Assembly (NCBI GenBank): GCA_964533835.1
Contig: CAZHQD010000001.1
Span: forward strand, 1 to 54,437
Direction of reading: 5' to 3'
From: an uncultured Puniceicoccaceae bacterium
Lineage (GTDB): Bacteria; Verrucomicrobiota; Verrucomicrobiia; Opitutales; Oceanipulchritudinaceae
Length of the DNA stretch: 54,437 nt
Shown here: positions 37,801-46,411 of the stretch, piece after piece
Layout of the letters: each line of letters opens with the position of its first letter
Position numbering within the stretch: position 1 is the first letter of the stretch
The notes under the pieces: model-generated
The model's input: the letters and a program-made list of their open reading frames with translations, nothing else
Databases searched by the model: none
What the model was told of the DNA's origin: nothing
Translations under genes and position numbers: made by a program

Positions 37801-38327
37801 GTCGCATATTTGCCAATCCTGATGTGGTGCTCACTCCCGAGATGCTTCGTCCTGAAAAGCAGGATATGGATATCTTCGCTGATGCGATGGATAATATTAC
37901 TACTACGCACCAGCGCGTTGCTATGCTCTACATTGAGGACGGCTCCATACATGGCGCTTGCCCTCCGCTCAAGGCCCTTCTCCATATCATGGCCTACGGA
38001 AGCTACGAAGGAAAGGGTCTCAACCATCCTGACATTCGCCGCCTGTTTTCTCGCGAGGAGTTTCTCAAGAGCGATTGGTATAAAACACGCCTCGAAGAGA
38101 GCCGCCTGGTTCAGTGCGAGCTCTGGCTAAGCCATGTGCAGACTCTCGAAGCGTTCCTTGCTAAGTCCACTCATGCTGAGCAAGCTATATCATTAGGGTT
38201 GCCACAGAAGCTCGAAGTGGCTCGCAAGCAGCTCGCTGCCCTGCGCGATCCTTCCTATGCTGCCTCGCTTGTGGGTACCCTTGGTACAGACCCTTGGCTC
38301 CGCTCCTTAAAGCAAGTTCAAGACTAG
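34851..38327 (+). CDS. large PEPCK-like protein, candidate PPi-dependent phosphoenolpyruvate carboxykinase
   Basis: 1158-aa ORF. Three PEPCK-like motifs occur in the canonical order. RTTKGVFHV (aa 143-151) compares with GRSPKDKYIV of ATP-PEPCK. YFGYCKK-x19-EH (aa 335-361) compares with YGGEMKK…MH or YGGNxLLGKK…AEH. SGGGKSE (aa 490-496) is P-loop-like. The size matches the ~130-kDa PPi-type enzymes. Motif-level evidence only. Confidence 0.5.
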   Translation: MNLEKAIGPFGSNRRALTRDPFLLEYANLKLAAMGAPIVGVQSDYKFMQIAEALLGNYQEKTRLLTNWLSPVDFRIQNWLHDYLKGVPMENLPRLPANTFILDRHGLARVLSLPMEGDTFKSSIISSYRLAQGVLHNPDKDRRTTKGVFHVTEGGLPIPGDKVATPRATFARLLEIALNPPKDLMRLPFTANSDEQAEIWLSLLLRPIVVPAIPGHAEAKRMEVRFFAPGNLVANLDFVESIFGNAGDPYLAENDSALDIEHWTGHSGCVILAPHLINANKKDIGLPHISKATERQKRDGMCWEKEDEKYNDGQAFKITARDERGVVVTLIADNYFGYCKKEVKTQISFAANLLGNAEEEHAGGAVAFPSYDLGEDFRLSQYYPEVTHTFADILKIKGDEIELKPEGYAVDKKFPDIYYVPEDAYFTLSEQRIRWKTDKGESAIILKPGIVYILPSGYKVEMIRPKEGRRWRIIGSTAEGTFTHKPCTVSGGGKSEISKSIMDAIITGPVVVADFKADFDRVQEIINKEYGMRFKDKSKCKQKGRPLLSKQRSLGSVVKLLSPSPEYTDEYNAWLRSIPYYVKELVFIVKRFYKEDWGTNWRDRFHVDLINGTGGNELRYRDQKLMTQYLRIGFTADGAWRTFGLRKDFYPAQKIQTEDDISASTILPADKVKGLNPAQPEPSVKFVENCEFRLFQRPDDAIIRGYDKKTEWDMAQLGSFTCNYEPLSREQVRQMTEDTIRFEQFTSPMKTLLKDFAEDPSATFKYVVSSAHPRVVDGKPSKNPRYLQDRGDLENPRAYYLAETGTRLYRRIPAGQGVPMPVNSILCGRRNNPPEPGVRALAVFNPIHYLELPELFMEFISSMTGKSPSTTGAGSEGALTKGPFNALPPIVDLNNALVSYLVTNMPGFITAAGYVGPKVRVDHDISLLVPEVWSRMRIEERDPKYLIEHGYLEKCPDIEHKGKVIPSSLLGYRITELFVQAFFGRIFANPDVVLTPEMLRPEKQDMDIFADAMDNITTTHQRVAMLYIEDGSIHGACPPLKALLHIMAYGSYEGKGLNHPDIRRLFSREEFLKSDWYKTRLEESRLVQCELWLSHVQTLEAFLAKSTHAEQAISLGLPQKLEVARKQLAALRDPSYAASLVGTLGTDPWLRSLKQVQD

Positions 38328-38345
38328 CCTATTTTAGCAATAAAC

Positions 38346-38380
38346 AAAAAGGGCTGCCTCCATCCGAGGCAGCCCTTTTT
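38346..38380. terminator. bidirectional rho-independent terminator between convergent genes
   Basis: AAAAA (38346-50), a perfect 10-bp GC-rich stem GGGCTGCCTC (38351-60), loop CATCC, GAGGCAGCCC (38366-75), then TTTTT (38376-80). It lies 19 nt after the 1158-aa gene stop and about 20 nt after the lpxC/fabZ stop. Confidence 0.85.
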
Positions 38381-38400
38381 CATTTGACCTGAAAGGCGTA

Positions 38401-39771
38401 TTAGATGCCTGATTCGGGAGCATCCGCCACCATAAACATAAGCTCGGCGCTGGATACAGTCTTCTCGCCTACTTTGCACTCGCACTCGGCCACAGCCAGC
38501 TTGTCACCCCGTGTCTTGACGAGCTTTACGTGTATCCGGAGTTGGTCTCCGGGCGTAACAGGCGCACGGAACTTGACCTTGTCGGCGCTCATAAAGAAGG
38601 CCACTTTGCCTTCGCTGGAAACTCTCAAGAGCATCAGGATACCTGCGGACTGTGCCATAGCCTCAACTTGTAAGACACCTGGCATTACAGGGTTTCCAGG
38701 GTAGTGGCCCGTAAAGTAGTGCTCGTTTATGGTCACATTTTTGACGGCGATTAATTCATCCTGGCTAATGAGCTGCTCTACCCTGTCAATCATCACAAAG
38801 GGGTAGGCGTGGGGTAGGATGTCGAGTATGCGGCGTATATCCAAAGACTTCTCGTCGGGCTTTACGATTTTGGCCGTTGAGCCCTTGGCTGCTTTACCCA
38901 CCGCAGGTTCTGCTTTTTTCTTGGTATCCTTAGCCTCTTTGCCAGCTTGAAATTGGTCGAATATCTTCGCGGTCAGTTTGGAATTGAGCGCATGCCCCGG
39001 CCTGACAGCGATAATGTGGGCCTTGAGAGGCATGCCAAGGAGCGTGATATCGCCCACGATGTCCAGTATCTTGTGCCTTACAAACTCGTCGGCAAAGCGC
39101 AAAGGCTCTTTGCTAAGTATCTTGTCGCCCTTGATGACTACCGCAGAATCCAGGCTACCACCTTGAATCTTGCCCATTTTCAAGAGTGGTTCGATATCCT
39201 CATAAATAGTAAAAGTCCGTGAAGGTGCGATGTCCGCAATGTAGGTTTCAGGGTCTATATCTACGGAAAGGTGTTGAGTGTGAATACCTCTGTCGTCCGC
39301 GCTTGTGCAGGTAATTCTAAGGCGGTCACAAGGAAGCGCAATTATTGAGCGATTGCCTTCCGTGACAGACACAGGAGCAGTCAGCTCGTAATAAACGCGC
39401 TCGGCATCTTGCTCTACAGGTTCTGCCTTCTGGATAAGGTTCACAAAGTGCTTCGAGCTACCATCGAGGATCGGAGGCTCAGAGGCGTTCATTTCGATGA
39501 TCGCATTATCCACCCCGCACCCACTGAGCGCTGAGAGGACGTGTTCCACAGTGTGAATCTTGGCGTGCCCAGATTGTATGTCTGTACTGCGAACCAACTC
39601 GGCCACATTTTGCACAATAGGTTTAATCTCGGGTTTGCCGAAAAGGTCCACTCGCCTAAAGACATACCCCGTATTTACGGGAGCAGGCTTTATGGTAAGG
39701 TGAACTTCTTGGCCTGTATGCAGGCTTTTTCCAGAGATGGTGGCTTCGCGTAGCAGTGTGCGTTGTTTCAT
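38401..39771 (-). CDS. lpxC/fabZ: bifunctional UDP-3-O-acyl-GlcNAc deacetylase / 3-hydroxyacyl-ACP dehydratase
   Basis: 456-aa ORF. LpxC N-terminus ([42 protein letters not shown]; [10 protein letters not shown]). FabZ C-terminus ([13 protein letters not shown]…[22 protein letters not shown]). Confidence 0.9.
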   Translation of the reverse strand: MKQRTLLREATISGKSLHTGQEVHLTIKPAPVNTGYVFRRVDLFGKPEIKPIVQNVAELVRSTDIQSGHAKIHTVEHVLSALSGCGVDNAIIEMNASEPPILDGSSKHFVNLIQKAEPVEQDAERVYYELTAPVSVTEGNRSIIALPCDRLRITCTSADDRGIHTQHLSVDIDPETYIADIAPSRTFTIYEDIEPLLKMGKIQGGSLDSAVVIKGDKILSKEPLRFADEFVRHKILDIVGDITLLGMPLKAHIIAVRPGHALNSKLTAKIFDQFQAGKEAKDTKKKAEPAVGKAAKGSTAKIVKPDEKSLDIRRILDILPHAYPFVMIDRVEQLISQDELIAVKNVTINEHYFTGHYPGNPVMPGVLQVEAMAQSAGILMLLRVSSEGKVAFFMSADKVKFRAPVTPGDQLRIHVKLVKTRGDKLAVAECECKVGEKTVSSAELMFMVADAPESGI

Positions 39772-39865
39772 TTTTGTGAAATTATCAGATGAAAGTTGAA
39801 AATAATAAAAGGGAAAGAAGAATCTGCACAGGAGGGCTCGAAACGAATGAAGCGTGTAGGCTGAA

Positions 39866-42800
39866 TTATGGGGTAGTGGCTCCGAGGTTGTCTCTCATAT
39901 TTGTGAGTCGGTCCCTGTCTTGCAGCAATTCCGTGTCGCTTGGTGAGCGTTCTCGAAGAGCATTATTTAGCGCCAACGCCTCGTCCAAGTAATCTCTGGC
40001 TTCTGAATTAAGATTCTGGCGGATAGCATACCCTGCTGCTTTTTCATTTATGCGCTGTAACTCCAGGATAAATACCGGATGCCTGGGAAACTGCCGCAGC
40101 AGTGTATCCAGATAATCCCGCTCAATCAGTGAAAATCTAAGTGCATCGGAAAGCTTATTTTGCGCACCGTAGAGATTTGCGAGCCGTCCTGCAACTGCAC
40201 GCGGATCAAGCCTTGGAGGGGCATCGGGAGTAAAGACAGGTTGGTTATCCGATACTCGCTGATACACTTGTAGAAGTGCTTCCACGGCGCCTTCAGTATT
40301 TTTCAGGCTTTCTTCGGCTAATGCTATTCGTTCCCAGATACTGGCCGTAAGCTCACGGTGTCTAAGTGCAGCTTGCCTGTTGTTCGTGGGAGAGCCGATT
40401 GGTTGTTTTAGAGCGTTTCGCCAACACTCAAGAGCTGCTGGGATATTTCCTGCGACATTCTTTGCCATGCCAGAGATTTCTGCGATACGAAGGCGTTCGT
40501 TATGCCAATCTTGAGTAGTGGTTGAATCTCCATTTAGCCTATCAAGGGCACGTTCCGCTGTTGCTACCAGCCTGTTGCATTCATCCCATTCGTTGAGCCC
40601 CAGAGAACATTCCATCAACAGGCGGTAGTTTTTTAATAAAGCCAACTGGCTGGCGGGTGTATTGTAGCTAGGGTAGCGAGCAAGTTGGAGTCGAAGCTCT
40701 TGCTCTTTGGCCAATAGTGCGCGCCCTATGTCAAATTGACTAAAATGAAGGGCGACCTCGGCTGATTCGTTGTAGAGCGAGGCTAGGTTTTCGCTTTTCT
40801 CAGGATCAGCGCCACCCGTATCCCAAAGTGTTTTGGCGATTTCTAGGGCTTTAGAAAATTGTTGTTGGGCATTGTCGAAATCCTCCTCGGCTTTATAGAG
40901 TTTTCCGAGTTGCCTGTGAGTAAGAGCCAGGGTTTCTAGTGCATCTGGGTTTCTGTTTGTTTCTGCTATTGGCAAAAATGTAAGCGATTCTAGTGAGCTG
41001 CTTAAACTCGTGCGGGCGTTTGCAAGGTCGCCACGTTTTTCCTGAATGGTGCCAATTCGCAGAAGTATTGCTGCCCGCAGCGCGGGGGTTTCTGTGTAGA
41101 GCTGATCCGCCTCGGGACTCACGAAATGCCGTGCTTGTTGATAAGTGTACAGGGCTTCTCGCAAGTCGGCTTCCATCAATCGGTCTCCGCGTCGAAGTAA
41201 TACTCTAACTATCCTGGAGCGGGCAGGGAAGGGGAGTGCGGTACTTTTTGCCAATTCACTCAGGCGCACAGCGATCCTTTCTTGCAGCTCGATAGCCGCA
41301 TCGTCCAATGCCTTAATAGATACGGTATTTTTAGGACTCACGGAAGATGGTTCGGAAGACTTATCAGCCAAATAGCTTTCTATGCTATCGAGTTGCAATA
41401 ATTCGATTTCGAAGGGCAGGGCGGCCATTTCGCTTTGAGGATCGTCTTCCGACGCCATGGCTAGAGCGTCTGCCATTGCCAAGGCAGAGGCGAAGTCCAG
41501 CGCCATTTGTGGGATTTGACTAGAAGCGAGTCTTGCACGCGCGAGTTGTCCTAAAGTCTCAATCCATTCATTTAGTTGCTGGCTATCGGGCGCTCTCTCA
41601 AGAAACGCATCTTGCTGGCTTTTGAGTCGTTCAACAAGTTTGCCTGCTACTTTTTCCGTCCTGCCACTGCCAAGATACAAACGAGTTAATTTGTCGCGTG
41701 TAGCTCGAATACGTTCATCTAAAGCTCCTGCCCGAAACGTTTTTTCGATGGCAGTAGATTCTAGAATCAATTTTCTTTCCATGGCAGATATTGCCTCCTC
41801 TTGCTTGCTTATTGCCAGTGCAGCGTCTGCAAGAAAACCAAAGTAATCCGCCAATTCAATTGCTTCTTGAGCGGTTAGGCTCTCGGCAAGATAGGGCATT
41901 TCTTCATAAGCAGGAAGACTGTTCCGCAAACTGTTGTAAGCATCGGCGGAACGCTTTAGCTGGGTGTACGCACGACCTTCCAGAAGGCTTAGCCGCTCTT
42001 CTAGCCATTTCCCGGTTCTTTGGGTAATATCACAATGATTGAACTGGGAGGTTTGTTCTTTCTCCAATAGTTCTTTAGCGATTTTCGCTGCCGCAAGGAT
42101 TTCAACGGCTTCGCCCATTTCGGAGTAGGCTATCGCTGAAAGAAAGTAGGCCTCTATTTGATGTATCCTTGCCTCAGATTTGTTTGCGCTGGTAATCAGT
42201 AGGTCCTGTGCGAACCGGCACTGCTCAAGTGCGTCTTCAGGGCGACGAGTGCTGAGATAGACCACTGCAAGTCGCAAATGAGCCCTTACGGTTTGATAGT
42301 TTGATTCTTCTGATTCCTTTTGAGAGTTTAAGGCATTGAGAAGGGAAAGGTATCCGGAGTTGGCAATTGTCCATTGCTTCTTTGTGAATGCCTGATTGTT
42401 AAAGTAATCCAAGGTGTCTAATAACGCCTTTCGGCTTTTTGGATTACTCTCGATACTAGATCCATTAATTTTTTTCTCTATGAAGGATTTTGCGTTCAGT
42501 TGTACCATAAACGCCAGCTCTTTGTTATTAGATGAGTCAGCATTTTCGTAAAGTCTGACAAGGAATTCTAGAAGTGTGTGGGTGTCGTAGCGTTCTTCTA
42601 GCGATGCCACAGTGGACGCTACCACGTCTTCATCTGTTTCATAGCTTTTCTCGAACGCCTCTATTACTGATGCAACTGCCTCAGAGATGTTGAATTCAGG
42701 CTTAATTTTAGCTTCGGTGACAACAAGAAGTTCTGGATTCTGCTCGCTTGCAGGTGGGTTTCTATTACTGACGATAGACTGAGCAGGTGCGCTCCCATTT

Positions 42801-42919
42801 TCTTGTTTGGCGTTCTCTTGTTTGCTACAGCCTGAAATCAGGGCAACGGCAAAGAGCCCGCAAATCACTACGTGCAGCCTGATAATTTCCGGCAATGAAA
42901 GGTTTCCCATAACGCGCAT
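39866..42919 (-). CDS. large TPR-repeat lipoprotein
   Basis: 1017-aa ORF with a signal peptide and lipobox (…[12 protein letters not shown]). It is largely alpha-helical with Ala/Leu/Glu-rich repeats of TPR character throughout (…[14 protein letters not shown]…, …[24 protein letters not shown]…). Confidence 0.7.
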   Translation of the reverse strand: MRVMGNLSLPEIIRLHVVICGLFAVALISGCSKQENAKQENGSAPAQSIVSNRNPPASEQNPELLVVTEAKIKPEFNISEAVASVIEAFEKSYETDEDVVASTVASLEERYDTHTLLEFLVRLYENADSSNNKELAFMVQLNAKSFIEKKINGSSIESNPKSRKALLDTLDYFNNQAFTKKQWTIANSGYLSLLNALNSQKESEESNYQTVRAHLRLAVVYLSTRRPEDALEQCRFAQDLLITSANKSEARIHQIEAYFLSAIAYSEMGEAVEILAAAKIAKELLEKEQTSQFNHCDITQRTGKWLEERLSLLEGRAYTQLKRSADAYNSLRNSLPAYEEMPYLAESLTAQEAIELADYFGFLADAALAISKQEEAISAMERKLILESTAIEKTFRAGALDERIRATRDKLTRLYLGSGRTEKVAGKLVERLKSQQDAFLERAPDSQQLNEWIETLGQLARARLASSQIPQMALDFASALAMADALAMASEDDPQSEMAALPFEIELLQLDSIESYLADKSSEPSSVSPKNTVSIKALDDAAIELQERIAVRLSELAKSTALPFPARSRIVRVLLRRGDRLMEADLREALYTYQQARHFVSPEADQLYTETPALRAAILLRIGTIQEKRGDLANARTSLSSSLESLTFLPIAETNRNPDALETLALTHRQLGKLYKAEEDFDNAQQQFSKALEIAKTLWDTGGADPEKSENLASLYNESAEVALHFSQFDIGRALLAKEQELRLQLARYPSYNTPASQLALLKNYRLLMECSLGLNEWDECNRLVATAERALDRLNGDSTTTQDWHNERLRIAEISGMAKNVAGNIPAALECWRNALKQPIGSPTNNRQAALRHRELTASIWERIALAEESLKNTEGAVEALLQVYQRVSDNQPVFTPDAPPRLDPRAVAGRLANLYGAQNKLSDALRFSLIERDYLDTLLRQFPRHPVFILELQRINEKAAGYAIRQNLNSEARDYLDEALALNNALRERSPSDTELLQDRDRLTNMRDNLGATTP

Positions 42920-43075
42920 CCGACAGATTCTTACTAAAATACTTCATATAAGGTATTTGTCGAAGCGCTTTTTTCTGTAAAAATTGTAAAACTAACCTTT
43001 CACAGTGACTATAGGGCTTTTGCTCTTGGCAAGAATACCGTCTACAGATAGCAACCTAAGTATACCTCATCTATC

Positions 43076-43591
43076 ATGGCCGGACTCAAATACCGTTCTC
43101 TTCTCTTGCGTGGCAATCGCTTGCTGGGTTCCTCATTAGTCTCTGCTGGGCTGATTTCCGAAGAGAATCAGCAAAATGCCAGCCAAAAGCTTCTGGAAGT
43201 CATACAGGCAGACAATCTGAAGGCAGCAGGTTTGCTTTATATACTGTTGTACGATCTCCATGCGCTTAAAGAAAGCGCACTGATTACACATCAACTCGAA
43301 AAGCACGAGCTGGGGCTTATTGATCTGCATAACTTTGCGGTTGAGGCCACCTTTGATCACACGCTCGATTTGGAATTATGCTGGTCCACTTGGACACTGC
43401 CATTCGATAGAGTAGATGGCATCCACTTGGTCGCCTCCTGCTACTACCTGTCAGAGCCCATTCGCAAGCACTGGGAAGGCGTTCTGAACGGACAAATTAT
43501 GTGGTATGTCATTAGTATCGCTGGCATCATGGAAGCGTTGGAGCGAATAAGCGCGGCTGCAAATGCCAAGGCGGCACCCACGGCCGCATAA
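43076..43591 (+). CDS. stand-alone GspE/PilB N-terminal (T2SSE_N / MshEN-like) domain protein
   Basis: 171-aa ORF. N-terminal helix pair RLLGSSLVSAGLISEENQQNASQKLLE. Then …GLIDLHNFAVEATFDHTLDLELCWSTWTLPFDRVDGIHLVASCYYLSEPIRKHWEGVLNGQIMWYVISIAGIMEAL. This parallels the N-domain of the downstream ATPase (…[59 protein letters not shown]). Confidence 0.55.
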   Translation: MAGLKYRSLLLRGNRLLGSSLVSAGLISEENQQNASQKLLEVIQADNLKAAGLLYILLYDLHALKESALITHQLEKHELGLIDLHNFAVEATFDHTLDLELCWSTWTLPFDRVDGIHLVASCYYLSEPIRKHWEGVLNGQIMWYVISIAGIMEALERISAAANAKAAPTAA

Positions 43592-43609
43592 TCATTATAA
43601 ATTCAAGCC

Positions 43610-44908
43610 ATGGGCTATAGAGCACTCATCGTCGATGATGATCAGGATTTTTGCAATCTCCTGAACGATGTGTTTGAGCAAGCCGACTACGAGGTGACGG
43701 CTGCAACGTCATCCGTGGAAGCTCTCCAGCTCTCAAGACAGCACTATTTCGATTTGATTGTTACCGATCAGCGTATGCCTGAGCTGAGCGGACTTGAATT
43801 TATTAGGCGAATCCGTGAAGTGCGTGCGGACGTCCCCATAATCATGGTTTCTGGCTATCTTGATAATCAGACCATTCGGGAGCTTATTCGGCAGGGAGTG
43901 GGCGGAGTCTTCATGAAGCCTCTCAATATTTTTTCTCTGCTTAAAAAGGCGACTGCCTTAATTGAGAAAAATCAGCAATTGCACCGACTGCAAGATGGCG
44001 CAAAAGAGGATAATGGCAGTGCCTGGCAGCATAATCTTCCATTCCACCTCAACTGCCTACCCTGTAAGTCTGCCAAATCAATTCAGTTTGCTCTTTCGCT
44101 TTATGATCACAGGTCATTCAAAACATGCCTCAGTCTGATCGGTGAAGATGGATCTGACTTTGAAGGTGTGTGCCGCGATCTCTGCGGATTCCAAGAAGCA
44201 GACTACCCCATCTTTTTACAACTCAGCGAACTGCATAATGATATTTTACCGGAGCTAATTCTCTCTCACACGGGTAGTAAAACCAATAGCGTGACACTCG
44301 TAGTCCAAGATGCAGACGCATTGGCAGGTGAAGCGGTAAACACTCTGGTAAGTGTGACGAGAAAAGAAGGAGCCTATGCGCGTATTCGCTTACCAATTCG
44401 AGTGGTTTTTTGTCTGCATAAGGATATAGACACGCTCTATGAGGCAGGGCAATTGGATGATAGGCTCTACTTCATTATGGGCACGGCTGAGGTACGCATT
44501 CCAGCTCTCAGGGAAATAGCGGAAGATATACCGCTCTTGGCAAAGAGGCTTCTTGCTGAATACACCGCAAACAAGGTGTCTTTGGAGCCTGATGCGGAAA
44601 ACTATCTCACCTCCTTGCCGTGGCCGGGAAATTACGGTCAATTAAAGCAGCTCATCCAGCAAGTTTCAAAAATTGCCAACGACTCTTCGATAACGGAAGA
44701 CTATTTGAGGTACCTCTACGAGAACAAGCCACTGCCAAGCGCAGGAATGGGTGCCGCTTATGCAAGAACAGTGCATGAATACCTGAAATCCCTGCGAGAT
44801 GAGTATCTTTTGGCTGCCTTGGAGCTACTTGGAGGGGACTCTACACAAACCGCCGGTGCCCTAAAAATCCAGCCTGCGCTCATTAAAGCAGTGGTTACCA
44901 AGCGTTAG
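43610..44908 (+). CDS. response regulator: receiver + degenerate NtrC-type AAA+ module + Fis-type HTH
   Basis: 432-aa ORF. REC domain has DDD, D53 in VTDQRMP, MVSG and KP. The AAA+ lid signatures are kept (IPALREIAEDIPLLAKRLL, LPWPGNYGQLKQLI). Walker A reads GEDGSDFE instead of GESGTGKE, Walker B reads VVQDADAL, and there is no GAFTGA. C-terminal HTH: LLAALELLGGDSTQTAGALKIQPALI. Confidence 0.75.
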   Translation: MGYRALIVDDDQDFCNLLNDVFEQADYEVTAATSSVEALQLSRQHYFDLIVTDQRMPELSGLEFIRRIREVRADVPIIMVSGYLDNQTIRELIRQGVGGVFMKPLNIFSLLKKATALIEKNQQLHRLQDGAKEDNGSAWQHNLPFHLNCLPCKSAKSIQFALSLYDHRSFKTCLSLIGEDGSDFEGVCRDLCGFQEADYPIFLQLSELHNDILPELILSHTGSKTNSVTLVVQDADALAGEAVNTLVSVTRKEGAYARIRLPIRVVFCLHKDIDTLYEAGQLDDRLYFIMGTAEVRIPALREIAEDIPLLAKRLLAEYTANKVSLEPDAENYLTSLPWPGNYGQLKQLIQQVSKIANDSSITEDYLRYLYENKPLPSAGMGAAYARTVHEYLKSLRDEYLLAALELLGGDSTQTAGALKIQPALIKAVVTKR

Positions 44909-44988
44909 TGAGCTTGCGCTATGCTATTTTTCCTGCTTTAAGCTTACGGTTGCTTGCAGTGTAACCCTTTATCCGCCAATTTCCCCCT

Positions 44989-46320
44989 ATGCCCGGTGAT
45001 GTCTTAGTACTCGACGACGAAGAAAGCTACGCCCGAATGCTGGCGGATTTTCTCCGTTCAGAGGGATACAACGCCACAATGTCGACTAGCCCACTTGGGG
45101 TTTTGGATCTGCTCAAAACCAGGGCTTTTGATCTGGTTGTTGCGGACTATAAAATGCCTGAAATGGATGGAGCAGACTTTTTGCTTAAGGCACGGCAGAT
45201 ACGTCCCGGATTGCCTGTCATTATGGTATCGGGAATGATGAATACCCCCGATCTTCTTAGGGTTGCGAATATCGGGGTTCCGCTCGTTTTGGAGAAACCC
45301 TTCGATACGGAGGTATTTCTTGAGTATGTCAGTAGATATGCCTCGCCTGCCACAGCGGCAATGCCACTTGAGCGTGCTATCGGGACGGCTCCTTCATTAA
45401 CTGCCAAGCGTTCAAAAATTTACCCCGCTGACCTAAAGTATCTATCAGACAGCAGCGCTTCCTCTCGTACTTTTTTACAAAACTTGTGGCAGCAGTTAGG
45501 ACAGGGAAATCTCATCTACATTGCAATGCCTCCAGGCAGCGAGATGGAGTTGCTGCTCCATGAGGTTAGCCGTTGGAAGCAGGCTGATCGCGCGACTGCC
45601 AGGAAAATCAAGGTTTCCGATCTTGGGGAAACGGAAACTCTGGAGCTCCTGCGTTTATTCGCAAACGATACCAAATTTGCTCCCGTAGTAGGTGTCCATT
45701 CGGGTGATGCCTCTTTTACTGAGCAGATACTGCGCATACTCCGCTTTATTCCAGCGATTGAAAATGAGGAGGCTCTCAAAGACTTGGTGTTTGTGTTTCA
45801 GCTAACTGGGTGGAAACAACCCCAGGATCCTCCAGCCGACAAAGATTTGCCTGATTTTTTTAGTGGACGCTTGCTCTGGCTCCCACCGCTCAGGGAGCGG
45901 CCCATGGATATTTGCACATACGCAAAGCGGCAGCTCCATCAATTGGATCCCGGCGGAAAAGCGAAACTCACTCCCGAGGCGGTTCGGCTATTATTGGCAT
46001 ATCCCTGGCCGGGAAATTATCAGGAATTGGTAAGTGTGCTTTGGAGTGCGTGGCAACTTAGGGAGTCCAATGAAATTGGTCACAAACCGCTAGCCAAGGC
46101 TATCTACGAGAAGTCCGTATTGAAAGAAGATCCATATGGGGAAGCGGGCTTGGAAGAAATTCTCCGTGTGCGCCAGTCCGAATACCTTACTCGATTGTAC
46201 AATTTGTACGGGGAAGAAATTCCCTCAGAATTACTAGGTGCAATCGATTTTTCAGCAATGGAGGCATTTGATTTAGAGACAGGTCCCTTGCTGTTCCCTG
46301 ATCTGCTTGAAAGGAGTTGA
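44989..46320 (+). CDS. response regulator: receiver + degenerate NtrC-type AAA+ module (HTH weak or absent)
   Basis: 443-aa ORF. REC domain has LDDEE, D in VADYKMPEMDG, MVSG and EKPF. AAA+ lid signatures: LPPLRERPMDICTYAKRQL, YPWPGNYQELVSVL. The Walker A position reads AMPPGSEM, and there is no GAFTGA. Confidence 0.7.
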   Translation: MPGDVLVLDDEESYARMLADFLRSEGYNATMSTSPLGVLDLLKTRAFDLVVADYKMPEMDGADFLLKARQIRPGLPVIMVSGMMNTPDLLRVANIGVPLVLEKPFDTEVFLEYVSRYASPATAAMPLERAIGTAPSLTAKRSKIYPADLKYLSDSSASSRTFLQNLWQQLGQGNLIYIAMPPGSEMELLLHEVSRWKQADRATARKIKVSDLGETETLELLRLFANDTKFAPVVGVHSGDASFTEQILRILRFIPAIENEEALKDLVFVFQLTGWKQPQDPPADKDLPDFFSGRLLWLPPLRERPMDICTYAKRQLHQLDPGGKAKLTPEAVRLLLAYPWPGNYQELVSVLWSAWQLRESNEIGHKPLAKAIYEKSVLKEDPYGEAGLEEILRVRQSEYLTRLYNLYGEEIPSELLGAIDFSAMEAFDLETGPLLFPDLLERS

Positions 46321-46340
46321 CGAATTATTTACGTAATTCG
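46321..46340 (+). other. hairpin immediately after the second response-regulator stop codon
   Basis: CGAATTA (46321-27), loop TTTACG, TAATTCG (46334-40). It is a perfect 7-bp stem but AT-rich and has no U-tract. Function unknown. Confidence 0.25.
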
Positions 46341-46411
46341 CACCGCCATCATTATTTTGTGCTCTAAAAACGATTTACAAATAGTATTGTAAAAATCACT
46401 AAAGTTTCCCC

